DNA from: Callorhinchus milii
Lineage: Eukaryota
DNA length: 64,000 nucleotides
Reading direction: 5' to 3'
Assembly: GCF_018977255.1 (NCBI RefSeq)
Contig: NW_024704742.1
Span: forward strand, 16,432,001-16,496,000
The notes under the pieces were generated by a model that saw nothing but the letters and a program-made list of their open reading frames with translations, ran no database searches and was not told where the DNA came from. Made by a program: the position numbers and the translations under genes. Shown here piece by piece: positions 62,455 to 64,000 of the stretch (position 1 is its first letter; every line of letters starts with the position of its first letter).

Positions 62455-62680
62455 TACTACACTTTGCAGTATATGTAGCGATTTGAGACATCCTCGCAAC
62501 CTGAAAGGCCCTATAGCAAAAGTATGGGTTATTTTTAACATTAATAATAATAAATTCAGGAATAATAATAATTGCATTTTATATAGTGTCTTCTAACATT
62601 GTTGAGACATTTCAAAGCGCTTCACAGAATATACTGCAAAGTGAATTGATTGTATATTTTTGGGTGAAACACGCAATTGT
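62455..62680. mobile_element. Two SINE 3' tails arranged tail-to-tail
   Basis: A plus-strand tail at about 62455-62535 and a minus-strand tail at about 62560-62680 surround a TAA-rich spacer. Confidence 0.65.
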
Positions 62681-63697
62681 ATTTCTGAGAACGAATAAAC
62701 ATTCATCCATTCGTAAACCAATAGTTGTCTCTGAAAGTTTTAGGGAGGCAAATACGACATAATGTTATTCCAATCCAAAGTATTGCACTGAATTCATTCT
62801 TTTCCTTTGACAGGATGATGTGCCAGTGAAAATGAAGAGGTGATACTGTATTGAAAACAAACAACAACAACAAAATTACATTTTTATAGCACCTTTCAAA
62901 GCTTGGGCTGTTATTTGAAGCACTAGCTGAGCTCAAACAACATTGACTGCTGATCACACATGACTGTATATTCTGGGATTAAGAGCCTATAATTTTAATA
63001 TGGAATTTGACTTTCAATTACTGATGATGTATTACATCTTAAAGGGTAGAGATAAGGAACAGTACCTCAGCTGCAGCTTGTAATGCAGTGCCTTACTTCT
63101 ATGCAATACATCCAGACACACTTTTACCAATTTTCAGAGACTTGTGGAAAACAGGTTGAATTTCTGGGGCATAACAGAGTAGTGTTAAGAATAAACCACA
63201 AGCACAGAGGTGTCTGCCAAGTGAAAAACACCACAAGAAGATGAGATACTCAGCTCAAAAAGACTGTGCATTGTGGTACTTTAGGAAGAGGCTATCAGAT
63301 ATCTTTTGAAAATCATTGAAACATGAGTGGTTTCCAAGGCAAACACGGTGGTAATTGTAAAGTTTTATATTAAAACTAGTACTTCAACGCCAAGATTGTA
63401 TTGAGAAACTCATCTATGGTTTTCTTTAGAAATCAAACACAAATAAGTCATTTAGGATTTCAACCAACCCTTGGCCCACCAATATCTTGTCACTTTTGAA
63501 TCCTTTACTGGTCTTAAACTTTCTCCGATTGCCTGTATACTATGATTATATATAATAGAAGCCTTTCATAATGTTTTGAATTACTTAATCTTATTTTCTG
63601 CTTCAATTTCCCCTGGCAAGTTTCTTAATGTCCTTAACTTTATTTGTCTATTCTACCTGCACATTTTTCTTCAAAACAATATTATTTATTATTCATG

Positions 63698-63800
63698 AAT
63701 ACAGTCAATTCACTTTACAGTATATTCTGTAAAGCGCTTGGAGATATCTCAAAGACGTGATAAGGTGCTATGTCAAAATGCAAACAATATTATTGTTATT
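63698..63800 (+). mobile_element. Family A SINE 3' tail
   Basis: ATACAGTCAATTCACTTTACAGTATATTCTG through to the tail. Confidence 0.85.
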
Positions 63801-63949
63801 TTCTTTTATCCCCCACACTTGTGCCCTTGTTTCCAAGATGAGTACCTTTTCTCTTCTGCATTTCCAATGATGTATTGTTCCTTTGATGAGTAAAAAAGAG
63901 TTCCTTCCTTGATGATCATTATGCCATACAGATCACAAGGCCACAGCAA

Positions 63950-64000
63950 TGTGTTAACCTAACTGATCATATTTGGGGTGCTACAATTGGCTCCAGACAA
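63950..64000 (+). mobile_element. Start of another AmnSINE2-like fragment, cut off by the window end
   Basis: AACTGATC...GGGGTGCTACAATTGGC resembles the core of 57215-57627. Confidence 0.4.

Overview
This is AT-rich vertebrate DNA with no recognisable host protein-coding gene; it reads as a long intron or intergenic tract. The repeat content (tRNA-head SINEs with L2-type 3' tails, SacSINE1/Deu-domain SINEs, abundant CR1 and L2 LINEs) suggests a cartilaginous fish, possibly a holocephalan such as the elephant shark. That assignment is an inference. Every long ORF is transposon-derived. The main elements are a near-intact CR1 LINE (18116-21975, minus strand; SGNH-esterase ORF1 plus 890-codon EN/RT ORF2), two decayed CR1 copies, three long L2 fragments, a Tx1/L1 3' fragment with a long target-site duplication, a Buster/SPIN-type hAT transposase remnant, and many SINEs. 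The most interesting points are: (1) CR1 ORF2 has no AUG before its endonuclease domain, and ORF1 ends on an in-frame U_UUA_AAC slippery heptamer, a candidate -1 ribosomal frameshift; (2) the ORF1 esterase has lost two catalytic residues; (3) there are two short locally templated duplications; (4) an unclassified long-TIR palindromic element family has several copies; (5) a Deu-SINE carrying a captured ~190 bp insert occurs twice; (6) there are nested insertions and small MITEs. Possible host exons and CNE-like segments are reported only at low confidence. Family names come from my recognition of motifs, not from database searches.
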